Shown one piece after another: positions 1-11,556 of a DNA stretch of 64,000 nt. Under the pieces are notes generated by a model. It ran no database searches. It was not told the DNA's origin and was given only the letters and a program-made list of their open reading frames with translations. The position numbers and the translations under genes were made by a program. This DNA is from Takakia lepidozioides (taxonomy: Eukaryota > Plantae > Bryophyta). How positions within the stretch are numbered: position 1 is the first letter of the stretch; each line of letters opens with the position of its first letter. Where the stretch lies: the NCBI GenBank assembly GCA_030704615.1, contig CM060732.1, positions 16,616,001 to 16,680,000 of the forward strand, given 5' to 3'.

Positions 1-17
1 CGGAGTGGGGAAAGAGA

Positions 18-887
18 ATGGAATTGCAAGATTCCATTAAGGTCAGGAAACATGAATTATACCATGTGGAAGAAGTACGTGCTGATGCAGCTGATAATAT
101 GACCAGAATTCAGATGAAGAGAAAAGAACAGTTTGATGAAGGCAAGTTAAAGACTTTTAAGACAGGGGATTTGGTTCTATGGTTGCAGAAGAAAGGAAAG
201 ATTAAAGCTTCTAAGTTTAAATCACCATGGAAAGGACCTTATGTCATACAAAAGATGTATGATAACAACACCGCCATGTTACAAACCATTAACAAAGAGA
301 TGCTGGGAAGAGTCAATGCCAATAAGTTGAAGGGATACAGTGGTATCCATGACAAACCATTACAGCATGATTTGCATGTTGAAACGCAAGAGCAGTCACG
401 GGCTGCACCAGTGTTATCAACGGAGTATGGAGCACTTATCGTTAGGCCAAGCATATATGACCAGGGCGGGCAGAACAAGCGTGACACAGCCTATCACAGC
501 CCATCAAGGCAAAACACAGCCTATCACAGCCCAGCACGGCGAAACACAGCCTATCACAGCCCATCAAGGCGAAACACAGCCTATTACAGTCCATCACAAC
601 GTGACACAGCCTATCACAGCCCAGCACGGCGCAACACAGCCTATCACAACCTACCACCGCGTGTCACAGCCTATCACAGCGTACCACAGTATGACACAGC
701 CTGTCACAGCTCAACACAGCCTACTAGGATTACACGATCCATAGAATCAGTGACAGGTGGGCGCACAATAACTTCAGGAAAATGGCTGACGGAAGAAAAG
801 ACGGAAACCAGTTTAAAAATAGACACGTGGAAGTCAGGGCGCGACACACAGCTGAGAAGGAAGTGCAAGAACAGGTGTCATCAATAA
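18..887 (+). CDS. C-terminal part of gypsy pol (integrase GPY/F tail plus TAYHSP repeat extension)
   Basis: FKTGDLVL...SPWKGPYVI...VNANKLK integrase tail motif; matches ORF 21862..22692(-). Confidence 0.9.
   Translation: MELQDSIKVRKHELYHVEEVRADAADNMTRIQMKRKEQFDEGKLKTFKTGDLVLWLQKKGKIKASKFKSPWKGPYVIQKMYDNNTAMLQTINKEMLGRVNANKLKGYSGIHDKPLQHDLHVETQEQSRAAPVLSTEYGALIVRPSIYDQGGQNKRDTAYHSPSRQNTAYHSPARRNTAYHSPSRRNTAYYSPSQRDTAYHSPARRNTAYHNLPPRVTAYHSVPQYDTACHSSTQPTRITRSIESVTGGRTITSGKWLTEEKTETSLKIDTWKSGRDTQLRRKCKNRCHQ
481..725 (+). repeat. 30-bp tandem repeat (CACAGCCTATCACAGCCC core) at the end of pol
   Basis: About 8 units with 30-bp period, read as xxTAYHSPxx. The equivalent array in copy 2 is at ~21655-21890. 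Confidence 0.9.
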
Positions 888-1045
888 AGAAGACAAGAAT
901 GGCCGTCAAAATACCTAATCAGCGCGTCAAATTGGATGAAAGGCGGGCCCATTAATGAATACGGTAAAAGGGGAACGGAACAAAGGGCAAGTACAGAAAA
1001 GCGAAATTCTTATCACATGTGTGATCCTAGTGGACTATCCAGCAT

Positions 1046-3582
1046 TAGTGGCAGAAATTTAGAAGGGGGACCTTCTCTATGAATATTTTGGTCTGGTCAA
1101 GGAGACAAAGATTCCAGAGGTGCAACAGTTGCCCAAGGGAAATCCTGAGGTGCATATAATACATACACCTGTGTCGGAGGTACCACAAGTACAATGTCAA
1201 GACACTGCAGCACCGGTGATGGATGAAGTGGTTCAAGAAGAAAATCCGGTGGGACAATGGCCTGAGTGGTTCGTGAGACATCACACTGTTGAGGATCAGA
1301 AGGAATAGCAGCAACCTCACCATGATGACCCTCAACAGGCAATGCTGATGAGTTCCATAGGCAGGACACTTAATTTGTTGGGGACTTATGTCAAATCCCA
1401 TGTTCCAACTACCCAATTGACAGCCTTGAGAGAGGAACTCAGGAAGGAATTTGAGGCTCGACTAGCCACTGAGTGTGCAAACAAGGTCGATGAAGAGGTC
1501 ACTTTCAAGATGCAGCAAGACTTGGAGAATACAGAAGCGGCTTTGCAATTGGTCAAGGAACAATTGATTGAGGCAGGCCTCGCGCAAGACCAGTTGCACG
1601 AAGCACATAAGCAACAGCTATACCAAATGCAGGTGCAGCATGAAAGCAAGTTGCAAGAAGTGAATGCACTACATACGGAGTTGCAGACAGTGCATGACAG
1701 GATGGCCATACAATGTGCTACATTCACAACTATGCTTGACCAATCTACAAAAGAAATAAACAGTCAAGCGGAAAAATGTACGAAGGCAGAAGAAGAGAAT
1801 GTTGAGCAAATGAAACTCATTGTCGATATGAAGAATACAATCTGTCGCAATGAGGATACTTTCAAGCGATACAGGCAGGTTGAAGCTGATCAAGAGAAGC
1901 ACATCGTGGAGTTGCAACAAACGCTCATGGCCAATAGAAATGAAATCACGGTCACTAACAAGGCTTGGAAGGAAGCTAATAATCTACTTGCTGCCTATGC
2001 AAATTTGGTTGAACCTCATGCGAAGCGCATGGAGGCTTTACAACAGCAGTTAGAAGTGTACAAACTCAAAGAGGAGCACACTCTCAGAGGAACCACAAGC
2101 AACTTGGTGGATAACAACCTTATGCAGGTCTGGTTAGCACAAGGGCCAGTGGAGGGCAAAGCACCACGAAAGCTCACCCAAAGCGAGATGAATGAGCTCA
2201 GACTGCAAGTGCAGAACATTGCCACAACTACTATAGACAATGTCTATAGTAGGATAGCAGAGTTACAGGAGGATGTAGACGGACTGCAGACTCAAGTGGA
2301 GGACCTCACTCCAAACATCGACAAAAGAGTCTATATCCCTCAGGAACAGCTAATGGCTTCTTATTTACAAGCCAGAACTTTGGCTTTTCAGTCTTCACAG
2401 GAGGTGCAGGAAATGCCAATGATACAAGAGCCAGTACCACCAACACTACAACAAGTCACTGTACCAGTAGCTGAACCTGTTGTTACTACAACCACACTGC
2501 AGCCACCACAGCCTGAGGTATGGGGCAATGCTGCTTTTAACCCACCTAAAACTCCAGCTGCAAGGGAGTACAGTAGGGCTATGATTATGCCCTTCAACCA
2601 AATTCCCATCATGTTGGATTTGGCTTGGAAAGAATTTAGTCCTCCGCAGTCATTCGCACATTACTACCAAATCATGCGTATTTGGCTGCCAGTGGCAACT
2701 AGGACTAAAGTTCTTCCGAGCAATCGACATATTGAGGATCATCACTTTGAACAGTACTGGCATGAGGCAGGTACCATGTTGAGGGAATTAATTGCTTTCC
2801 AAGTTGTACATGGATTAATTTATACCAAGACCAAGGAGGTAGCAAGTATTGTCATGGGATGCGGACTATACTACGCTGCTTGTTTTCTGGTACGTTATCA
2901 CATTGAGCAGCACAAGATGCAATCGCGCTTTCTGAGTTATTCCAGTGGCGATCATTGGATCTTACCTTCAGTGTCACCTCATATGTACCTATATGAGACA
3001 AAAGTTATGATGCAAAAGGATTCTCAAATTCGTTCATGGTTTCAAGCGGCCTGGAACAATTTGTCAACACAGAAATTCGGCATTGATGATATTTTCTATA
3101 AGGGACATGTGGCATGGAAATACTTGCACGGTGCACAAGTAATTGGTACCCCACTCACCTGGACAGACAAGGAACTCAGTGTCTTCACCAATTTTGCTGT
3201 TCAGCGTTTACAGCAAGTTGTAAAATATAAACTTCCAGACATGGTAGGACAACATTGTATGCCCCAGAGGATTCCACAAAAAGTTCGACAATTAAAACAC
3301 CTGAGAAACGATGAGGATTCTGATACAACTATTTCTTCAACGGATTCTTTTGACATGGGAGAAGACTATGCATTACAGATGGCAGAGAAGAAGCGATGGG
3401 GGTCTCCTATGCCTGAAAGGTTACCTCGATATCAGCCGCCAGAGGGCCTCACTTATCCGGGTACTGTTCAAACATCTCCGTCAACCAGTGACAGACCTCA
3501 GGCTCGTACACACAGTTTGCCACGAAACTCTCAACGTCAGAAAAGTGCTCACTCACAAAGGTTTGCTAATCGCAATCAGTAA
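1046..3582 (+). pseudogene. Extra 3' ORF of the gypsy element (coiled-coil protein of unknown function), 5'-deleted; longest open part 1342..3582
   Basis: Sense ORF between pol and the PPT, strongly similar to ORFs 17502-21092(-) of copy 2, with a heptad-rich central region. Confidence 0.8.
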
Positions 3583-3603
3583 ATCGTGAGGACACGGCTT
3601 TTT

Positions 3604-3617
3604 GAGAGGGGAAGGGG
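3604..3617 (+). other. Polypurine tract (GAGAGGGGAAGGGG)
   Basis: Purine run ending 3 nt before the TG start of the LTR. Confidence 0.9.
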
Positions 3618-3620
3618 TAA

Positions 3621-4621
3621 TGTTAGAGGACTGTCTGGGACTTAGACACTTATACGGGATCTATAGGGTACCCTTAATTTTTGCACAGACTAAGATCAAC
3701 AGGAGCCTTAGGGGTGACAGCAGAACATTGTAAAAGGGGGTTACACAGTCCATCACAGCCAACACAACCCGTCACAGTCGTCCCAGCCGACACAGCCAAC
3801 ACAGCCCGTCACAGTCGTCACAGCCGACACAGCCATCACAGCCAACACAGCCCGTCACAGCCGACACAGCCACACAGCCAGTCACAGCCCGACACAGCCA
3901 AACACAGTCGCACAGCCAGTCACAGTTTTACACAGCCAGTCACAGCTTGACACAGCTGTCACGACCATAGGGAACGGAGAGCAGGACAGGGAACGACTGT
4001 GGGGAACAACACCTGCAAATGGAACATGTTAGTTCACGGACGACGGTTAGTGAGGGAAACGGTTAGAGCCACGGGTAGGAAGATAAAGGGAGAAGCAAGG
4101 ACTGAGAAGGGGGGATTATTCTTGGAAGCACGTCAGGGGAAGGACTTCTTGGTCAGGGAAGAGAGGGGATCGGGTGGAGAGCAAGAACGGAAGCAAGCAT
4201 GGAGAGCACGGTGAAGGAGAAGAGATGATTACCAGATGTTTGTTATATGCAAAGCTGTAGTGATATTGTAAAGCAGATTAGAGACACAATGGCTTCGGCT
4301 TGATACCTGATAAATCATAATCTGATACTTATACGATACAATCACACTGTGTAGAGAGATCTGAGTGAAGCTGTGGAATGAATGGATGAGTTGATGGAAT
4401 CCGATAGATTGATGAAGCAAACTGATACTTAATTATCAATGGTAAGGTAGCTAACATGAATGCCAAAAGGGAAACAAATATGAAACACCCCCATGATACA
4501 CTAGCTGTAGGTTATGACTGATTGTTCTGCGCGGGCTGAGTACTTAGAGATTTCCAACTCTTCTATCTTGGAGTTTCCGCCTCGGATAGCGAAGGGATGG
4601 GTGAGTAAAAGCCGCGCGACA
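3621..4621 (+). repeat. 3' LTR of gypsy copy 1 (contains a CACAGC-rich array ~3742-3962)
   Basis: Starts TGTTAGAGG and ends GCGCGACA; both termini match the reverse complement of 16402-17462. Confidence 0.93.
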
Positions 4622-7600
4622 CACACCATCCAGGCCCTCCAGCAGCTCCCCATCTGGAATGTCGAGGAGAATCATGTCGCAAGCTCTCTCCACCTCAACC
4701 CCCCCCCCCCCCCGAGTGCTCTTGTAGTCCGTGCTCACAGCCGTGAAGAATTCCATCATGGCTTCAAAACCAGGGGTGTCTTTAGGCTCTGTACCGCCAG
4801 CCCTCTTCTTGGCTTTCCCCTTCTGCTCCGCCAGAGACTTGTTGTGTGCCACCTTCTTCGCCCTGGCAGCGAGAGCGTCAAGGAAGCTCTCATTGACGCA
4901 TTGGATGATGGTTGGAGGTTCTAGCTTTGGCCTGTGCGTAAACGTCACCGCCGAATACCGCCGTGTAGGCTCGCCCTCAAATGCCAACTTCTTGGCAGAG
5001 CCAGTCCCACTCCGAACTGACTTGGGAACCCGGACGACCGGTGACTGGGTAGGAGCAACAGCAGTCGCAGGACCTTGAACAAAGTCATCGTCCGAGTCAC
5101 TCTCTTGGGTCCCCTCCTGCGCCTCCTCCGATGCCCCCATGGTTTTCTTCTTTTTGGGTGTTACTGCACTCACTTGTTTCCTTGTCCTTTTCCTTTGGCC
5201 TTTACTCTTCTCATGCAATTTCTCCTGAATTCCTGCCTGAGCAAGCTCTGCCGCTTTCCTGGAGTTCGCAAGCGCTCTTGCCTCTTTTGCACCCAACGGA
5301 GGCAGCGGAGCCCGGTTTCGTCGGAATTCAGCATCCAGCTTCAATTGAAACTCGGATGGGTCGAGCAAGCCGGGCGGAAGGTCCACATACCAAGGGCAAT
5401 CACGCAAATGTTCCAGATGCCACTCCTTCACAATATCGTCAGTGTACATGGAGTCAGCCCCAGGGTTCCTCCATGCCAGGAAGAATGGTGGCTCGAAAGA
5501 CAGATGACCTTTCTCCAAAAGGGAGAACTTGCAGTACCTGCATTCATGAAAAACACAATGAGGTCCTTGAAATGCATATTCGGCACCATTTTCCCAGGTT
5601 GGGGCGGATGTGAGTGGGCCTAGAAATGGAAAAATGGCGCCGAATTTCGGTTTTCGGTGACAGCCACCCTAGGGACTTAGCCCGAAAATGGCTAAGTCCC
5701 TGAACGGCAATAGGGCCTAGAACTGGAAAATGGCGCCGAATTTCTAGTTCAGGGCCAGCCACCCTAGGGACTTAGCCCGAAAATGGCTACGTCCCTGAAC
5801 GGCAATAGGGCCTAGAACTGGAAAATGGCGCCGAATTTCCAGTTCGGGGCCAGCCACCCTAGGGACTTAGCCCGAAAATGGCTACGTCCCTGAACGGCAA
5901 TAGGGCCTAGAATTGGAAAATGGCGCCGAATTTCCAGTTCGGGGCCAGCCAGTCTAGGGACTTAGCCCGAAAATGGCTAAGTCCCTAAACGGCAATAGGG
6001 CCTCGAACTGGAAAATGGCGCCGAATTTCCAGTTCCAGGCCAGCCAGTCTAGGGACTTAGCCCGAAAATGGCCAAGTCCCTGAACGACAATAGGGCCTAG
6101 AACTGGAAAATGGCGCCGAATTTCCAGTTCAGGGCCAGCCAGTCTAGGGACTTAGCCATTTTCGGAGCCCTGACTGGAAATTCGGCGCCATTTTCCCTAA
6201 CACCACATGAGGCCTCTAACATCCTGAAATGCAAGGACTTGAAAGAAAGGCATCGCGTATGTACCTGTACAGAAGGCGCATTGCTGCTTTGTCCGCGTTT
6301 AGCTGGTCGGTGAACTCGTGGCTCCGGCGAGCATCTGCTATCTCCCGAAAGAATAAGTTGGTTTTGTAGAGCAGAAAGTACCTCGTCACATAGTCGCGTA
6401 GGCTCTCTGCTGCAGGAGATATCTCCATCTTGAACTGATGTGCTTGTGTGTCCAGCTGCTCTTGCGCATTTGTCGTCACCTATGGAGATTCTCCATCAGA
6501 TCGCTTTCCTGAAAAAATACAATGAATCCACCCCCTACTAGAGTAGAAGCCCCAAACGAAGCGTGGGGAAGTACCTGAAACCACCATGTCATGCGGTTCA
6601 TCCACATGTCGAATGTGGGGTCAGAGAGTTTGTCCGGTTTGGGGAAGCTCCACATGTCCCTGGTACTTTGGGAACCATTCCAGATTTGGAGCCACCGGAT
6701 CTGTCCAACCACCCAGCATATTCGTAAGCGCCAAACACCACAAAAAAGAGTTGTTGCCACCACAATTTGGTTAAGAATGTATCACCTTTTCTGTTGCATC
6801 CACACAGGATGTGGCTAGACGATGGAGCTTCTCCAATGTCATCGTGGGCTTCAGAGCGCGAGAGTAGTGCTTCCCCACCTCCACCAGAAAGTCGGCACCA
6901 AGGGCGGGATCAGCTATGGCCACGTACTTTACCATCCGCGACTTGTACTTTATGCGGGCCCTCACCTCCGCAGCTTTGACATACGATTCGAGTGCCAGGA
7001 GGGTTGGATTCTTCTCCTCTGACTCCATGTAGAACCTCCGCGCATGTGCCAAATCCTGCTGTATTTTCGTCTGTCAAGAATGCGCACATAAGATTAGAGA
7101 TCCTGCTCAACACAATTTCTTCTATTGGGGGAGGAGAGACAGATTAGCTCAACAAAACTGTCAGGAGCTTTACCCGAAATATGTAGTCCACCATGGCGTC
7201 GACGCTCAGCTTATACCAGGTTCTGTCTGCCTTTGCCTCCGACTTGCGCAGGAGGTCGGCACTGAGGGAATTGGCAAACTCTTGCACCCCCTGCTTCCCG
7301 ACATCCTTCACTCGGAAGAGCATATGGGACAAGTTGGTGGCAATGAAGGCATTCTCAGTCACCCTGCAGTGCCACATTTTCATCAAACAATACTGAAATG
7401 GGAATTTTCATCATATATGAGGATTCGCAATGAAATGACTTCCAAATTCAAAGTCCAAAAGCGAGAGGCGTTGTAACTTACGAGTTGATGTCCGCCATTG
7501 CAGCTTTGAGAAGACTACGATCTTTGGGCCCCGCAACCTTCAGCACAACACACTCCACGGCGAAATGCCAATTGAGGTCATTGGGGTGGGCTTGGGCAAT

Positions 7601-9478
7601 GTGCTCCATACATGCCAGGAGGCGATGATTGCCGTCCCACACGCAGAACATCTTACCGGACAAGTGCTGGAAAAGTGGATCACTAGCAATCGATCTCTCG
7701 AACTCCTCATTTCGCGTTTGCCAATGGGGACCCCATTTGTTCATCGGAAGTGTGGGCACGGGAAGCTCCGTGGTCGTTCTCAATGGAAACGTAAAACGCG
7801 GCAGACCCCATTCGATATCCATCCCGGAAAGAGAATTTCAGCTTGTCGATATCGCCTGGGAGGGCAAGTCTCACCACCTGCAATGACACCAAGCGGCAAA
7901 GGGGAATTCGAAGCTTGGCCGGGTACACCATGCCCCCCAGCACCCTGCCAATGTTGCTGTGGGTTGCCTCCAACATCTTGGCAGCGGCCAACTTCATATC
8001 TGCCTCCGACATGACGTCTGCTGCAGAGGGGTTTTCCGGCAGCCCACCAGGACCGCCAAATCCAGCCTGTATGCTCCGGGTTTGGGGCCTGGGGATGTCC
8101 GGGAGGATGTCATCCTGGTCAGAAAGCTCCCTGTCGTCCTCCTCAACAGGGTCAACCACCTGCGAAACCACCTCCAGCACTCTCCCCGTCTCTACTGCCC
8201 TCTCCCTGGCTTCACCTCGAACTTGCACAATACGTGCTCTTTCTGGTGTTCTTTCCTCTCCTCCACTCTCCACCGTATGGGTAATTGCAGGGGCTGCTCT
8301 TGCCCGCGATGGTCTAACCAGTGTGTTGCTGCCTCTTTGTGGTGTCTTGGAGGGATCCACCGTCTCTGTGCGTCCCTCACTTACATGGGAATCTGTCAGT
8401 TCGGAACCCCTGGCCTCTTCAGTGGCCTTTTCTCTTTCCTCCTGGCTAGCCTTGTGTCTTGCCTGATCTTTTGCCCTCTCTTTTGCCCTCTCACGGGCTT
8501 TCTGTTTCTTATTAGGGCTAGCAGCAGGGGAGCCCGGATGGACGACCACCTTTGAGGTAGGCGAACTGACACCCTCGCGCGCGAACTCCCCCCTCCGCAG
8601 CCCGTGACGGCTCTCGCGCCGGGGATTGCACGTGCTTGGCTTTCTTCTTCTTCTTTGCTTGGACGGGCCCTACTGCTTCTGCATCAACAACCTCCATTGC
8701 CGGATCTGCTGTTCTCACTTCCTCACGCCCTTCACCTGCCATGAGGCCTGCACCAACCTCCCCAATGCCTATTCTGTCGTACTCTCGCTGCAGGTCCTCC
8801 CGTCCACCAACAAAAGGTTGAAGTTTGCCCTCTCGCTCCAAGGTGGGCGGTTCAAACATGCGATGAGTTGCAGCAGTCGTTGATACCACCAGCGTGCCGG
8901 GCTCGTCGTCACTCTGTCATTCCCAAAATCGTGAGAACCAACATCGGTGCCAAAACCAACATCGCAACCCATAGCAACAATTGTGTAACAAAAATGAAAA
9001 CATAACAAGTTTAGGAAGTATGGAGAGCCATGCAACAACAATGAAAACAAATGCAACCATTGCCTGAGAATGACATGCACAAGCAGCCTTCTCCAGAGCT
9101 GCCGGATTTGCACACGCATTGCAAACAATCTAAGGTTCACTCATCCAGCGAAGCCAGGATGAAGATGCAAAAACAAAGCGAGGCAACAAAGCGAAAGCGA
9201 AAGCGAAAGCAAAAGCAAAAGCGAAATCGAACAAAGCGAAAACAGAAGTGGCTTGCCTGAGAGTACTCGGCTTCAGTTGGCGCGGGTTGTGAGCAAGACA
9301 CTGGAATCTCCTGCTGAAGCTTCAGTTTGGCCATGCGAGAGATTGGCCGTCGTCCGTAGTACAGAGCTTTCAACTTCCGCCGCGGTCTGGATGTGAGGTC
9401 TCTCTCAGGAGAGCCATGCCCTTCAGGCGGCATAAGTCCCAGCCAAAATGGAAAAAGATCTTCGTTTTTGGGGTACAT
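4622..9478 (-). pseudogene. Multi-exon accessory gene: ParB/Srx-like domain, helical region, low-complexity linker and possible amino-methyltransferase start; frameshifted and 3'-truncated by the gypsy LTR
   Basis: IPLCRL..VVR..DIDKLKFSFRDGY..FYVS..KMFCVWDGNHRLLA. Introns that join the ORF fragments in frame: 9256-8914 (GC-AG), 7481-7364, 7173-7071 and 6264-5538. The last exon reads TIIQCVNESFLDAL...CDMILLDIPDG and then runs into LTR sequence. Confidence 0.7.
5580..6196. repeat. 95-bp tandem array inside an intron, two hairpins per unit
   Basis: GGCGCC cores at 5636, 5732, 5827, 5922, 6017 and 6112. Each unit has GAACTGGAAAATGGCGCCGAATTTCCAGTTC and AGGGACTTAGCC-n7-GGCTAAGTCCCT. Confidence 0.95.
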
Positions 9479-9649
9479 GCCTCGAATAGCATGTTAAGCC
9501 AAGATTAGCATCAGATTTAGGGTACGTATCCAGGAAGCCATGTGTGGCCAGCCTGAATGAAAACGGACGGCGGTGGACATTTATTGCCCAACTGCGCAAT
9601 TAAATGTCGGATGAAGCCCTCCATGTCGGATGAAAAACGACGGAACTTG

Positions 9650-11170
9650 GCCCGGAATTTCCAACGTAGAGGTAATTCGGAGCGCTGCAGGATGGAAATC
9701 CGGCGCCGGTAGGGCGGCGGGCGAAATTTCCCTCACGCAGGTAATTCAGAAGCGGATGGATGGAAATCCGGCGCCGGATTTCCATCCGCGCAGGTAGGGC
9801 GGCGGGCGAAATTTCCCTCACGCAGGTAATTCGGAGCGGATGGATGGAAATCCGGCGCCGGATTTCCATCCGCAAGGTTGGTCGGAGAGCGGATGGATGG
9901 AAATCCGGCGCCAAATTTCCATCCAGCAGGTAAGTCGGATCGCTGACGTATGGATATTCGGCGCCGAATTTCCATTCGCCAGGTATTTCGAAGCGCTGAA
10001 TTACCTTCCTGCAGGTAATTCTGAGCGTGTACGATTGATTTTTCGGAGAAAAACAAACTAAACTGTTTGTTTTGTGGCTGAAGTGCACTTGTAGACACGT
10101 TTTTCTTGGAATCCTTGACTGCTAGAGGCAAATCGGAACAACCTCGGACGGAAATTCGGCGCCGTTTTTCCATTCTGGGAGGTTTTTACGACTTCCTTTG
10201 AGGGGGCCCCAATGGAAATTCGGCGCCGAATTTCCATCCGGGGGATGGTCTCTGTCGGAGAGGTGCCGGCCTCTCCGCCGCTCTGTTGGATATTCGGTGC
10301 CGAATTTCCGTCCGGGGGTTGAAATATGACGGCCAGGTGTCGGCCTCTCCCCCCTCCCCGACTGCATTGGAACGGCCCCGGATGGAAATTCGGCGCCGTT
10401 TTTCCATCTGGGGAGGTTTTTATGTCGGCCAGTTTTCGGCCTGACCCCCCACACGACTTCCTTTGGGGGGCCGGATGGAAATTCGGCGCCGAATCTCCAT
10501 CCAGGGGATGCTCTCTGTCGAACACGTGCCGGCCTCTACGCCCGAGGCGACTTCATCCGGGCGTCCCCTGTTGGATATTCGGTGGCGAATTTCCGTCCGG
10601 GGGTTGAAATGTGACGGCCAGTTGCCGGCCTCTCCCCCTCCCCGACTGCATCCGAACCGCCCCGGATGGAAATTCGGCGCCGTTTTTCCATCTGGGGATG
10701 TTTTTATGCCGGCCAGTTTTCGGCCTGACCCCCCGACACGACTTCCTTTGGGGGGGCCCGGATGGAAAAATTGGCGCCGTCCATCCAGGGGATGTTCTCT
10801 GTCGCACACGCGCCGGCCTCTGCGCCCGAGGCGACTTCATCCGGGCTTCCCCTGTTGTATATTCGGTGCCGAATTTCCGTCCGGGGTTTGTAATGTGAGG
10901 GCCAGATGGCGGCCTTTCCCCCGAGCCGACTGCATCCGAAAGGCCTCGGATGGAAATTCGGCGCCATTTTTCCATCCGTGGAGGTTTTTATGTCGGCCAG
11001 TTTTCGGCCTGACCCCCGACAGGACTTCCTTTGGGGGATTTGAATGGAAATTCGGCGCTGAATTTCCATCCGGGGGATGTTCTCTGTCGAACAGGTGCCG
11101 GCATCTCTGCCCCAGACGACTTCATCCGTGCGGCCCCTGTTGGATATTGGGTGCCGAATTTCCATTCGGG
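9650..11170. repeat. Intergenic palindrome array, including a 284-bp higher-order repeat of three ~95-bp subunits
   Basis: Perfect palindromes at 9758-9787 (30 bp) and 10212-10237 (26 bp). Higher-order unit starts at 10381, 10665 and 10949. Confidence 0.95.
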
Positions 11171-11556
11171 GGTAGTAATGTGACGGCACGGTGCCGGCTT
11201 CTCCCCTTCAGCCGACATCATCCGGACGGCCCCCCACTTTCTGACTGCATACCGTTGGCAGTTATTGCACAAAGACCAGGGGCCGCATTCCGGAGACAAG
11301 GTTCATTAACACTCTGACTGTGGATTTTTGAGATAGTTGGCTCCCTGGATTTGGATCAGGCTTCGTCGCTCGGACAAATCGGCACCGCATTCCTTCCCAT
11401 CGCTGCATCCCCCTTCTACCAGGGAGCTTCCCCGCACGCCATCCTGGCAGTCTTGTGTGCACATCTCCCATGGCGGAAAACCCGAGCGCTACAGTGTACT
11501 GCCCTCCTCACAGCATAGAGCTTCATTTCCGTGCAGAGGGGACATCTGTCGGGTGA

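Larger units (their letters stand above)
1..4621 (+). mobile_element. Ty3/gypsy LTR retrotransposon, copy 1 (3' half: integrase tail, extra ORF, PPT, 3' LTR); 5' part lies outside the window
   Basis: The integrase C-terminus (WKGPY) is nearly identical to copy 2 at ~21.9-22.4 kb. A PPT at 3604-3617 precedes a TG...CA LTR at 3621-4621 that is homologous to the copy 2 LTRs. Confidence 0.95.

Noticed and set aside
7478-7900. Bacterial contamination or a recent plasmid parB insertion
   Set aside because: The gene has several spliceosomal introns and is nested among plant TEs; no parA or other bacterial genes are present.
5580-11170. CRISPR-like appearance (palindromic repeats with regular spacing)
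   Set aside because: The spacers are themselves repeated, there are no cas genes, and the context is eukaryotic with spliceosomal introns.
9600-11317. Many overlapping ORFs (MEIRRRISI / WKFGAEFPS peptides)
   Set aside because: Artefacts of GC-rich palindromic repeats, which give the same peptides on both strands.
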